Of a stretch of DNA of 54,522 nt, positions 10,301 through 19,887 are shown one piece after another. The notes below the pieces were generated by a model. That model did not search any database. It worked only from the letters and a program-made list of their open reading frames with translations, and was not told the origin of the DNA. Each line of letters begins with the position of its first letter. The stretch's first letter is position 1. The translations under genes and the position numbers were made by a program. This DNA is from Deinococcales bacterium (GTDB lineage: Bacteria; Deinococcota; Deinococci; Deinococcales; JAAFIG01): the NCBI GenBank assembly GCA_031414595.1, contig JANNVX010000093.1, positions 1 to 54,522 on the forward strand. Reading direction: 5' to 3'.

Positions 10301-11647
10301 GTGAATCAACAATTTATTGAAGCAGCCTACAAAGACCTGTCCGCCCTTGTTGCCATCGAAACCGTCAGCGCTCAAGGGCGCAATCTCGAAGAAGGCGCAG
10401 ATTTTGTAACAGACTTACTCGAGCGTGAAGGCTTCGTGGTCAAGCGTTACGCGGGTAAAGTTGCGCCTGTCTTGGTTGCCGAGGCTGGTGAAGGCGCACG
10501 AACCTTACTGATTTACAATCATTACGATGTCCAACCCGAATCACCGCTCGAGTTGTGGGAATCCGAACCATTTAAGGTCACAGAACGCACCGACTCAGAC
10601 GGGATTGTGCGGCTTCATGCGCGGGGTGTTTCGGATGACAAAGGCGAATTTATTGTGCGTCTGGCAGCGCTTCGAGCCTTAAAAGCCAAGCACAATGGCG
10701 TGCTGCCCTTAAAAATCAAGTGGTTGCTGGAGGGCGAAGAAGAAATTGGTAGCCCGAGTTTAGAAGAATTTGTACGTGACCATGCGGTTGAGTTAAAAGC
10801 CGATGGTTGTTGGTGGGAATTTGGCGCGGTAGACCCAAGTGGCAGACCAATTTTAATTGGTGGGCTTAAAGGCATTATTTGCTTGGAGCTTCGGGCTAAA
10901 GTTGCCGATTCAGACTTGCACTCGAGTTATGGCGCGGTGGTGGATAACCCACTATGGAAACTGGCAAAGGCAGTCTCGAGTATGCGCGACGAGACTGGTA
11001 AAATTCTAATTGATGGTTTTTATGATGCCGTTCGCACTCCAAGTCAAGCCGATTTAACGGCGGTGGCAAACGTACCAGATGATTCCCAAGTGCTTGCCAA
11101 AGCCTATGGCATCAAGGGTTTTCTCGAGAATGCAAGCGGTGCAAGGTTCTTTGAACGCCTTTGCCTCGAGCCAGTCTTAAATGTCAATGGTTTCCACGGT
11201 GGCTACGGCGATGCTGGCTCTAAAACCGTGTTACCCAAAGAAGGTTTTGTAAAACTCGACTTTCGGCTTGTGCCAGACCAAAGCCCAAAACAAATTCTTG
11301 AATTGGTCAAAGCGCATTTACAAAAAATTGGCTTAGCCGATGTTGAAGTCATCGAACTCGAGGCTTCTGGAATGCCTGCCCGAAGCGACTTAACCCATCC
11401 ATTTATGCAGCTTGCGGTAAACACCGCCCGTGATGTCTACGGTCTCGAGCCAGTGGTACAACCGAGTGCTGGTGGCAGTGGTCCAATGCACCCGTTTATT
11501 GAATATGTTGGGCTGCCCGTGGTTTGCGCTGGAATTAGTAACTTTAAGAGCTTTGTTCATGCACCCAACGAAAACATTGTTAAAGCCGATTTTGAAAAAG
11601 GTTTTGAATTTGCTCTTCTATTCTTCGAGCGTGTCTCAAGGATGTGA
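10301..11647 (+). CDS. M20/M25/M40 family metallopeptidase
   Basis: YNHYDVQP, ARGVSDDKG, EGEEEIGS, HAPNE. Confidence 0.92.
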   Translation: MNQQFIEAAYKDLSALVAIETVSAQGRNLEEGADFVTDLLEREGFVVKRYAGKVAPVLVAEAGEGARTLLIYNHYDVQPESPLELWESEPFKVTERTDSDGIVRLHARGVSDDKGEFIVRLAALRALKAKHNGVLPLKIKWLLEGEEEIGSPSLEEFVRDHAVELKADGCWWEFGAVDPSGRPILIGGLKGIICLELRAKVADSDLHSSYGAVVDNPLWKLAKAVSSMRDETGKILIDGFYDAVRTPSQADLTAVANVPDDSQVLAKAYGIKGFLENASGARFFERLCLEPVLNVNGFHGGYGDAGSKTVLPKEGFVKLDFRLVPDQSPKQILELVKAHLQKIGLADVEVIELEASGMPARSDLTHPFMQLAVNTARDVYGLEPVVQPSAGGSGPMHPFIEYVGLPVVCAGISNFKSFVHAPNENIVKADFEKGFEFALLFFERVSRM

Positions 11648-11730
11648 ATTACAAGTAAATTAAAGCCTTGAGAGGTGATTTTGAAATCACCATGTAGACT
11701 ATGTAACGCAAAAGCTCGAAAAGAGGTTTC

Positions 11731-12222
11731 ATGAAAAAATTATTACTCGGTTTAGCCTTACTCTCCGCCCTGACCGCTTGCCCAACAGGTGGCACACCCT
11801 CCACGACTGGCAGTGCCAGTTTAACCTTTACCAATTCTGCTGGTGGGTACAACGGCAGCACTACCACCCTCTCGAGTGGCACAACCTTAGCTGGTGTGAT
11901 GATGATTGCCAGCTCTGGTAGTGGAGCAAATGAACGGTCAGTCTCGGCTTTTTTGCCAACCAACAGCCGCGAAGCTGGTATGACCTATGTGATTAACGAC
12001 ACACCAAATTCTGGTGTGCTGTACAACGAAGGCGACCCAAGTACAGGAAAATTATGGACTGTCCTAAGTGGCAGCATCCGAGTGGTGACAAAAAGCGGTA
12101 AAACCCTGACTTTTGAACTCATCAATGTGACTTTAGGTAAAAAAGCCAATAACACTTCGCCATCAGTCGGCACAGTTACAGTCAATGGAACGATGACGGG
12201 CGAATCTATTACGCCACTCTAA
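11731..12222 (+). CDS. Hypothetical lipoprotein
   Basis: Signal peptide with LTAC lipobox; GAGG SD. Confidence 0.7.
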   Translation: MKKLLLGLALLSALTACPTGGTPSTTGSASLTFTNSAGGYNGSTTTLSSGTTLAGVMMIASSGSGANERSVSAFLPTNSREAGMTYVINDTPNSGVLYNEGDPSTGKLWTVLSGSIRVVTKSGKTLTFELINVTLGKKANNTSPSVGTVTVNGTMTGESITPL

Positions 12223-12227
12223 AAACA

Positions 12228-12263
12228 AGAAGTGCCGTTTAGAACTCTCTAAACGGCACTTCT
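12228..12263. terminator. Hairpin between convergent genes (likely bidirectional terminator)
   Basis: AGAAGTGCCGTTTAGA-actc-TCTAAACGGCACTTCT perfect 16-bp stem. Confidence 0.8.
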
Positions 12264-12274
12264 CGAGCATAAAT

Positions 12275-14407
12275 TTATTTTACAAACAGCATTTCGCGGT
12301 AACTTGGTAAGCTCCAGTGGGTTTCAGAAACCAAGCCCTCGAGTTGGTCGGCGGCAGCACGAACCTCGAGCATGGCAGGAAGGACATTATCGCGCAGGTG
12401 ATAGGCTTTTTCGTGAACCGAATCGCCGCCTTCTTCGGCATTTTGCTTTTTAAGTTCCTCGAGTGCGTCGGACAACTGGTCGGCGAGGCTCGAGACAGAT
12501 TTAATCAGGCGCTCTGCGGCTTTTGATTTGAAGTTAATCGCACTTAGGTCAGCTAGGTAAGACAGTGCGGCTGGCAAGATTTGGGTCTGTGCCATGTGCG
12601 CTGTTGTTTCACCTTCGATATTGACAGTTTTGAAGTAAATATCGTACATGATTTCTTGGCGCGACTCGACTTCTTTATGGCTCAGCACACCATAATCACC
12701 AAAGAGCTTGATGTTCTTGTCCGAGGTAAAGACTTCGATGGCATCTAAGGCTGTTGGCAAGTTTAACAAGCCTCGTTTAGCCGCTTCTTTGTGCCATGCC
12801 TCAGAGTAACCGTCGCCATTAAAGACAATGCGCTTATTGGCAACATAGGTTTCTTTGACGACCTCGAGAATCGCGGTCTCGAGCGTTGTTTTTTTCTTCA
12901 ATTTGGCTTCTAAGGAGACAATCAGAGCATCAACGCTTTCGGCAACAATCGTGTTCAGTACAGTGATTGGAAAAGAAATACTCTGGCTCGAGCCGACTGC
13001 ACGGAATTCAAATTTATTGCCCGTAAAAGCAAATGGACTGGTGCGGTTGCGGTCGCCAGCGTGACGTGGCAAAGGTGGTAAAACTGGTGTGCCGAGTTCT
13101 AAAGTACCCGCTTTTTTGCCGCTTCCGCCTTTACCACTGGCAATTCGGTCAAAAATATCAGTCAGTTGGTCGCCTAAGAAAATACTTAAAATGGCAGGTG
13201 GAGCTTCGTTTGCTCCTAAGCGGTGGTCGTTGCTGGCACTGGCAACCGCTAAACGCAACACGTCTTGGTGGGCGTTGACTGCTTTGATAACGGCAGCACA
13301 AAAAAACAAGAATTGCAAATTGTCTTGTGGGGTTTCGCCCGGCTCGAGCAGATTGGCGCTGTCTGTTCCCATGCTCCAATTGCAGTGCTTACCAGAGCCG
13401 TTGATTCCAGCAAATGGTTTTTCGTGCAAAAGCGCCGCTAAACCGTACTTTCGGGCGGTGTTGCGAATCGTTTGCATCGTGAGTTGCTGATGGTCGGCGG
13501 CAATGTTGCTGTTTTCATAAATTGGTGCAATTTCAAATTGCCCCGGAGCAACTTCGTTATGGCGGGTTTTAACTGGAATACCAAGCGCATAAAGTTGGGC
13601 TTCAAAATCGGACATAAACGACAAAACACGGTTGGGGATGCTGCCAAAGTAATGATCTTCAAGTTCCTGTCCGCGTGGTGGTTTTGCACCAAATAGGGTG
13701 CGTCCAGTCATCACTAAGTCTGGGCGGGTGTAATAAAATTCCTCGTCTATTAAAAAGTATTCTTGTTCTGCGCCCAATGTACTCGAGACTTTACTGGTGT
13801 TGCCAAAGTGCTTTAAGAATTTTTGCGCCGAAGTATTTAGGGCTTCGATGCTGCGTAAAAGCGGGACTTTGGTGTCCAGTGCTTCGCCCGTCCAAGAAGC
13901 AAAAGCGGTTGGGATACACAGGGTCGCACCGTTACTATGGCGCAAAATAAAAGCTGGACTGGTGGGATCCCAAGCCGTATAACCACGGGCTTCAAAGGTG
14001 GCGCGTAAACCACCACTGGGGAAGCTCGAGGCATCAGGTTCAGCTTGAATCAGTTCTCCGCCGGTAAAAGTGGCAATGGCTGTACCGTCCGAAGTTGGCG
14101 CAACAAAAGAATCGTGTTTTTCGGCAGTTGAACCTGTAAGCGGATGAAACCAGTGGGTGTAGTGCGTCGCCCCTTTCTCGAGCGCCCAAGTTTTCATGGC
14201 GAGAGCCACCGTGTCAGCAATGGCTGGGTCTAGGGCAGTCCCTTTTTGAATCGTGGCTTGGAGGCTTTTCCAGACGGGTTTAGAGAGGCGTTCACGCAAA
14301 TTCTCGGTGCTGAGGACATCACTGCCAAACGAACTAAAGGCATTGGGGAGCGGTTCGGTTTGCTGCCAGTTACGGCTTGCGGCTGCCACGACATCATAGT
14401 TTTTCAT
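12275..14407 (-). CDS. glnA: Glutamine synthetase type III
   Basis: [74 protein letters not shown]; 710 aa. Confidence 0.95.
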   Translation of the reverse strand: MKNYDVVAAASRNWQQTEPLPNAFSSFGSDVLSTENLRERLSKPVWKSLQATIQKGTALDPAIADTVALAMKTWALEKGATHYTHWFHPLTGSTAEKHDSFVAPTSDGTAIATFTGGELIQAEPDASSFPSGGLRATFEARGYTAWDPTSPAFILRHSNGATLCIPTAFASWTGEALDTKVPLLRSIEALNTSAQKFLKHFGNTSKVSSTLGAEQEYFLIDEEFYYTRPDLVMTGRTLFGAKPPRGQELEDHYFGSIPNRVLSFMSDFEAQLYALGIPVKTRHNEVAPGQFEIAPIYENSNIAADHQQLTMQTIRNTARKYGLAALLHEKPFAGINGSGKHCNWSMGTDSANLLEPGETPQDNLQFLFFCAAVIKAVNAHQDVLRLAVASASNDHRLGANEAPPAILSIFLGDQLTDIFDRIASGKGGSGKKAGTLELGTPVLPPLPRHAGDRNRTSPFAFTGNKFEFRAVGSSQSISFPITVLNTIVAESVDALIVSLEAKLKKKTTLETAILEVVKETYVANKRIVFNGDGYSEAWHKEAAKRGLLNLPTALDAIEVFTSDKNIKLFGDYGVLSHKEVESRQEIMYDIYFKTVNIEGETTAHMAQTQILPAALSYLADLSAINFKSKAAERLIKSVSSLADQLSDALEELKKQNAEEGGDSVHEKAYHLRDNVLPAMLEVRAAADQLEGLVSETHWSLPSYREMLFVK

Positions 14408-14659
14408 CTTTATTCTCCTGTCATTACTGCAATGTACAACTTACAAAAACAGCTTAACATAAATCAATGCAAGTTGTACATCAAATTTAGAGCAGTTTGT
14501 CAAAAAAAAACGACACTTCTCGAGTAACGCCTTAACTATTGGTTGATTGTTCGTAGTCTTTTGCCCAAATAGCTTTATCGAGATGTACAAGATGATTGTT
14601 ACCAAGTTGTAACCTCGCATCTGTAGACTAAAATCAGCGAAAGCCAAAGGAGCAAATGT

Positions 14660-15400
14660 ATGATAAAAAACCCAAACCTCAGCTTAGAAGAAGATAACGA
14701 CGACGAAATGGTGGGAAAGTTAATCAGCCGTCGGGCTGCCCTGCGTTTATTTGGAGCAGCCGCCAGTGGCACAGCCCTGCTAGGCACAACTCAACTCTCG
14801 AGCAGTAGCGCCCAAAGCACGGCTTTACCCTCGTGTATTGTCCGTCCAGCCATGACCGAAGGACCATTTTTTGTGGACGAAAAACTCAACCGCTCAGATA
14901 TTCGCAGCGACCCAAGCAGCAAAAAAATCTCGGCTGGAGCAGCCCTGCGCCTGACTTTTTTGGTCTCGAGTGTCGGCGCTAAAGGATGTAGCCCCTTAAA
15001 AGGCGCAATGGTGGATATTTGGCAGTGCGATGCGGCTGGTGTTTACTCGGATGTACAAAATGCAGTTGGGCAAAAATTCTTACGTGGACATCAAATCACC
15101 GATGCCAAAGGACAAGCCCAGTTTTTAACCGTTTACCCCGGTTGGTATCGTGGCAGAACCGTCCATATTCATTTTAAGGTACGTTACAACAATTCCGACT
15201 TTACCTCGCAGCTTTTCTTTGACGATACGTTCACCGATAAGGTCTATAAAGCCGCACCCTACAGCACTCGAGGCACACGCACCACCCGCAACAGCAACGA
15301 TGGGATTTACCGCAATGGTGGTACTCAGTTGTTACTAGCCACCAAAGCCGATGGTGCTGGTTACGCAGCTACTTTTGATATTGGCTTAAATCTTGGCTAA
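14660..15400 (+). CDS. Intradiol ring-cleavage dioxygenase-like protein with Tat signal
   Basis: SRRAAL twin-Arg, TEGPFF, VDIWQCDAAGVYS, YPGWYRGRTVHIH. Confidence 0.85.
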   Translation: MIKNPNLSLEEDNDDEMVGKLISRRAALRLFGAAASGTALLGTTQLSSSSAQSTALPSCIVRPAMTEGPFFVDEKLNRSDIRSDPSSKKISAGAALRLTFLVSSVGAKGCSPLKGAMVDIWQCDAAGVYSDVQNAVGQKFLRGHQITDAKGQAQFLTVYPGWYRGRTVHIHFKVRYNNSDFTSQLFFDDTFTDKVYKAAPYSTRGTRTTRNSNDGIYRNGGTQLLLATKADGAGYAATFDIGLNLG

Positions 15401-15472
15401 GTCTCGAGAATCCCATAAGTTTCAGCTTAAGAGCAAAAGCCTTTCAGTACGCGAAGAACCACAATCAGTCAG

Positions 15473-15738
15473 CCCCTCACCCGACTCGCTCAGGCTCGCC
15501 ACCTGTTGGAATGCCTGTAATTCTCTTCCTGCGTTTCCACGAGCTTCGCTCGAACTGTTGTAGTCCCAAAACGCTTCGCTGGGGGAGGGGCTTTGATTTT
15601 CATTGTTCTAAAAACACTTTTAGAACAATATTCTTGGTTTTAACCAAGAAACTATAGCAAAAAACATCCCGAATAACCCTCTCCCGCGCTTTTTGACGGG
15701 ATGAGGGTAACGAGCTTCAAGCGAGTTGGGTGAGGGTT
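15473..15738. repeat. Inverted pair of REP-like palindromic elements (CCCTCACCC...GGGAGAGGG type)
   Basis: CCCTCACCCGACTCGCT..GCTCGCCACC at 15474 matches the reverse complement near 15704-15736. Confidence 0.6.
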
Positions 15739-15838
15739 GGAACGCGGTATGGGCTACTATATTTTGGGCAATAGGTTTTTGTTGTTCTGCACTATAGATT
15801 TCCTTAAACTGATACAAACAGGCGAATCTCGAGACCCC

Positions 15839-15867
15839 AAACTGGAAGCTACTCTTCCAGTTTTTTT
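15839..15867 (+). terminator. Rho-independent terminator-like hairpin
   Basis: AAACTGGAAG-ctact-CTTCCAGTTT followed by T run. Confidence 0.65.
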
Positions 15868-15963
15868 ATGCCAAATTCAGTTACACCCAACGTAACCCAG
15901 CCGTAACCGCCTAGGAATACATTAACCCCATGAACGCCAAGGTGTTCAAAAAAGGAGCAAATC

Positions 15964-16650
15964 ATGAATAAGCACTTAAAAACCGGACTCGCTGCTCTCG
16001 CCCTCGTCGCCGCGCCACTGACTTACAACGCAGTTATGGCACAACAAACTGGTTCAACCAGTGTGGTTCAACAAGCTGTGGATTACTCCAAGACCTTCAT
16101 AGCTAAACTCTCGGGTGTGCTGGGTGTAGACCAAGCCAAACTCGAGGCGGCGATGAAGACAGCTGGTAACGCCACGGTAGACGAAATGCTCAAAAACCAA
16201 GACATCACCAAAACCCAAGCCGAACAACTGCGTAGCCAAGTGACACAAGGTCGTTTAGGAATGTGGGAACGCGGCGGAATGGACAACCGAATGGGACGCG
16301 GCAATGACCGAAATGGTGGCAAACCAAATGGACAAAATGGCATGAGACCAAACATGGCAAACATCAGTCAAATTTCCCTGCTTGAAAGTGCCGCCAAAGC
16401 CCTGAAACTAACATCCGTAGAACTCGATGCTAAACTACGAGCCGGCGAAACCCTGACCAGCCTTGCAACGATACAAAAAGTCACCCTCGAGTCGGTTAAG
16501 GCTGCTGTATTAGCCAACTTAAAAAGCCAATTAGATGCAGCCGTCAAAGCCAAAACCATCACCCAAGCCCAAGCCGATGAAATGCTGGCTCGAGCCGCCG
16601 CCAATGCGAACTTTGGTCTGTTTGGCGGACGTGGCGGTGGCAGACGCTAA
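15964..16650 (+). CDS. Secreted alpha-helical hypothetical protein with internal repeat
   Basis: Signal peptide; duplicated ITKTQAEQL/ITQAQADEM motif; AAGGAG SD. Confidence 0.75.
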   Translation: MNKHLKTGLAALALVAAPLTYNAVMAQQTGSTSVVQQAVDYSKTFIAKLSGVLGVDQAKLEAAMKTAGNATVDEMLKNQDITKTQAEQLRSQVTQGRLGMWERGGMDNRMGRGNDRNGGKPNGQNGMRPNMANISQISLLESAAKALKLTSVELDAKLRAGETLTSLATIQKVTLESVKAAVLANLKSQLDAAVKAKTITQAQADEMLARAAANANFGLFGGRGGGRR

Positions 16651-16671
16651 GAAAATCTTCCTCCTAAAACC

Positions 16672-16699
16672 AAGGATGCCGCAAAATAGCGGCATCCTT
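16672..16699. terminator. Terminator hairpin between convergent genes
   Basis: AAGGATGCCGC-aaaata-GCGGCATCCTT. Confidence 0.75.
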
Positions 16700-16714
16700 T
16701 CTTTATCTCGAGTT

Positions 16715-17806
16715 TTACATCGGTTCTTGCTGGGTCGTACAGTGAATCCCGCCGCCGCCCGCCGCAATTGCATCTATGTTCAATTGTATTATTTTTCGCT
16801 TTGGGAAAAGCCTTTGCAGTTTAACTCGAGCGGCTGTGTCGGCTTTAGGATCGCCAAATTCAGGAGCAATCACTGCGCCGTTACAGACATAAAAATTGAT
16901 ATAGCCAGCCGCAAAATCCTTGTTTGCAAATTTATCTCGGATACGGCTAGGGGCTTCTAGGACAACGATTTCTAAATTTTTACCCTTGGCATCTTTGGCA
17001 AGTTTGAGTAAGCGCAAATGCTCTTTGGTGACTTGATGATCAAATGAAGCTGGGTCTGGGTCAAAACCTGCAACCACCACTCCAGGACTGGCAAATCGAG
17101 CATAAAAATCGGTATGCCCATCGGTGATGTCCATGTCTTTAATTCCGAGCAACCAAATAATTTTTTCTAAACCAAGCAAGGCTTTGAGTTCTTTTTCGGC
17201 ATCCTGCTTGCTGACTCCAGGATTACGGTTATCGTTTAAGACACAGCTTTCGGTAATGATTGCCGTGCCATGACCATCTACTTCAATACCTCCACCCTCG
17301 AGAATCAGGGTTGAACTCAATCGCGGCACACCAGCTTCTTTACAAATCAGTTTGGCAATTTTGGCATCTTCGGTAAATTCTTGTTTTTCTCCCCAGCCAT
17401 TAAAATTAAAGTCAATCGCGGCTTTTTTGGCTTGGTTATTGACCACAAAAACCGCCCCTGTATCACGCGCCCACAGGTCATCCATTGGGGCAACAACCAA
17501 CTTTACTTTAGCGTCCACAAGGGCTTGTGCAATTGTCAATTCTTCGGGTCTAACAAGCATAAAAACCGGTTCAAAGGCAACAATTGTATTGGCGATGGTT
17601 GCCAAGTTTTTTCGCACTTCAGGCAAAAGTTTTTTGCCCCAAATCGGCTCAGTCGCACCAAAAGCCATCCAAGTACGCTTATGCCTATCTGCTTCATCGG
17701 GCATGTACCAAGAAGTTTCAAGGCTCGAGTAGGCTTGTGTGTTTGACATGGCAACCGCTCCTGTAAAAAAGCTCAAATTACGCAAAAAAGCTCGTCTCGA
17801 GATCAT
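16715..17806 (-). CDS. Agmatine deiminase / PPAD family protein with Tat signal
   Basis: SRRAFL, DDLWARD, EGGGIEVDG, DGHTD, GGGIHCTTQQEP. Confidence 0.9.
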   Translation of the reverse strand: MISRRAFLRNLSFFTGAVAMSNTQAYSSLETSWYMPDEADRHKRTWMAFGATEPIWGKKLLPEVRKNLATIANTIVAFEPVFMLVRPEELTIAQALVDAKVKLVVAPMDDLWARDTGAVFVVNNQAKKAAIDFNFNGWGEKQEFTEDAKIAKLICKEAGVPRLSSTLILEGGGIEVDGHGTAIITESCVLNDNRNPGVSKQDAEKELKALLGLEKIIWLLGIKDMDITDGHTDFYARFASPGVVVAGFDPDPASFDHQVTKEHLRLLKLAKDAKGKNLEIVVLEAPSRIRDKFANKDFAAGYINFYVCNGAVIAPEFGDPKADTAARVKLQRLFPKRKIIQLNIDAIAAGGGGIHCTTQQEPM

Positions 17807-17861
17807 AATTGGTATTATAACCCAACCGTTCGTTACGGTATCCTAATCTAAAGTTGAGTGT

Positions 17862-18518
17862 ATGAACCCACCCAAACCCGATATAACTCTACCCATGCAC
17901 CGGTTCGATGACCAAGCCCGTCTTGTCTTTCATTTGGCAAGAGAAGAGGCTGTGCGTCTGGGGCATCCAAGAATCGCGGCTGAACATCTTTTGCTTGGTG
18001 TTCTTAGGCTCGAGAGCAATGCCACCGAAGCCTTAAACCAAATGGGCTTATCCTTAAAACACGCCAGAAACCGTTTAGAAGAAATTGTTGGCAGACGTGA
18101 AAACCTAAGTCCTTCCACCATTCCAGACATCACCGAATCTGCCAGACTAAGCATGGAAACGGCGGCTGCCGAAGCTAGACGTTTACAAGCCGAACAAATT
18201 GGGGTTGGACATGTGCTGCTTGGGATTATCAGGCAAGCCGAAGTGACTGCCAGACAAATGAATGGCAGCACAGCTTTAACTCAAATCCTAGGCGAATATG
18301 ACGGTGGACTGCGCGGGGTGATGCGCCGTGTCCTCGAGAGCCTAAGAAACCCCAGCCAAACAACACCCGAAATCCCCATTCTCGAGACGAGGCAACCTAA
18401 AGAACTGCTGCTGAAACTCGAGCCAGAACTGTACGCTAAACTCGAGCAACATGCCATTAAAAACGGGAAAAGTTTAGAAATCAGCATTTTAGAGATTCTT
18501 CGGGCTACAATGCTTTAA
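17862..18518 (+). CDS. Stand-alone Clp N-terminal (repeat) domain protein with C-terminal RHH-like segment
   Basis: RFDDQARLVFHLAREEA..EHLLLG, second repeat GHVLLG; no ATPase. Confidence 0.8.
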   Translation: MNPPKPDITLPMHRFDDQARLVFHLAREEAVRLGHPRIAAEHLLLGVLRLESNATEALNQMGLSLKHARNRLEEIVGRRENLSPSTIPDITESARLSMETAAAEARRLQAEQIGVGHVLLGIIRQAEVTARQMNGSTALTQILGEYDGGLRGVMRRVLESLRNPSQTTPEIPILETRQPKELLLKLEPELYAKLEQHAIKNGKSLEISILEILRATML

Positions 18519-19330
18519 TGCTGCCAACTCGAGCTTATCTTTTTGCCCATCCAGCCAAACACAGTTTATCGCCAATGATGCACAATGCCGCCTTAGAAGC
18601 CCTTGGCATTGAAGCACGGTACGAGGCAAAGGATGTACCACCGCAGAGTCTTTTGGCGGCACTCGAGGAGTTACGTCATTCAGGAGCTTGGGGAATCAAC
18701 TTAAGTATTCCGCACAAAGAAACCGTTCTTGTACATTTAGATTCGGTCACACCCGAAGCCAAAATGATTGGGGCAGTCAATACGATTGTGATTAAAAATG
18801 GTCTACTCGAGGGACACAACACCGATGTGTACGGCTTTATGCGCTCACTCGAGCAAGCGGCAATAGAAACTCGAGACAAAAAAATTCTGATTCTCGGGGC
18901 TGGCGGCGCAGCCCGAGCCGTGGCTTATGGACTCAAAAAAGCTGGAGCGAATGTCCTGATTTGGAATCGCAGTGTAGAGCGAGCCAAAGCCTTAGCCGAA
19001 GAGTTTGACTTAAAACTGATCGAGACCCCAATTCTACCCGCCAGTCTTCGCACCGCCCACGGCGTAGTCAACACCACCAGCGTCGGACTCGAGCAACCAA
19101 ATAGTTCGCCAGTTTCAGCTGATTTACAACCCAAAGACTGGGTTTGCGATATTGTCTACCGTCCGCTCGAAACCAAGTTCTTAAAAAATGCTCGAGAATG
19201 TAACTTAAAAACCGTGGATGGACTCGGAATGCTGGTTCACCAAGGTGCAAAAGCCTTTGAGCTTTGGACTGGACTCGAGCCAGACACCAAACTGATGCGC
19301 CAAGTTGCCTTGCAAGAATTAGGAGTTTAG
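18518..19330 (+). CDS. aroE: Shikimate dehydrogenase
   Basis: [36 protein letters not shown]. Confidence 0.93.
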   Translation: MLPTRAYLFAHPAKHSLSPMMHNAALEALGIEARYEAKDVPPQSLLAALEELRHSGAWGINLSIPHKETVLVHLDSVTPEAKMIGAVNTIVIKNGLLEGHNTDVYGFMRSLEQAAIETRDKKILILGAGGAARAVAYGLKKAGANVLIWNRSVERAKALAEEFDLKLIETPILPASLRTAHGVVNTTSVGLEQPNSSPVSADLQPKDWVCDIVYRPLETKFLKNARECNLKTVDGLGMLVHQGAKAFELWTGLEPDTKLMRQVALQELGV

Positions 19331-19533
19331 AGGTTGCGGAATTCATCCTCGGTCAGCCCTGCTTGCTGTAAAATCGCACGGTATGTGTTCTTCTTGACTT
19401 CACCTGAATGAAATGGAACAACTGTAAACCTTCCATCTGGATGGAAATAATGCCGATGCCCACTTTTGGTGGTGTATTCCTCAAAGCCAATCCGACGTAA
19501 TTTGCGTGCAACCTCAGCTGGACGCGGTGGCAA
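19327..19533 (-). CDS. hicA: HicA family toxin (mRNA interferase)
   Basis: [33 protein letters not shown]. Confidence 0.85.
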   Translation of the reverse strand: MPPRPAEVARKLRRIGFEEYTTKSGHRHYFHPDGRFTVVPFHSGEVKKNTYRAILQQAGLTEDEFRNL

Positions 19534-19858
19534 ATGAACTCACCTCGGATTCAAATACAGACAAAGCGCGTACCACAGCCGACAAATCCACCTGCACCAT
19601 TTCAAAATTTGCATCTGATAAACCGAAATCATCACGTATTTGTGCCAAAGCAGGCTCGAGATTGGTTAAATCTGGTGGAATCACCAGACCTAACTCAAAG
19701 AATAATTCCAGTGTCCCCTCGAGTGCTAAGGTGGTCATTTGTAAGGCTTGGTCTCGAGTTGTACCATTTGAATGCACACCGCGCACGGCTGGCACAGCCC
19801 CATACCAAACGTCTGGTTCAGTCTGGTCTTGGAAAATAACAATCGTAAAGGAACGCAT
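19514..19858 (-). CDS. hicB: HicB family antitoxin
   Basis: [24 protein letters not shown] partial RNase H fold; overlaps hicA. Confidence 0.8.
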   Translation of the reverse strand: MRSFTIVIFQDQTEPDVWYGAVPAVRGVHSNGTTRDQALQMTTLALEGTLELFFELGLVIPPDLTNLEPALAQIRDDFGLSDANFEMVQVDLSAVVRALSVFESEVSSFATASS

Positions 19859-19887
19859 TATAGAATAGTAGCACTGAGGTTATAAAA

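Noticed and set aside
15620-15817. 65-aa minus-strand ORF
   Set aside because: Runs through the REP-like element; likely spurious
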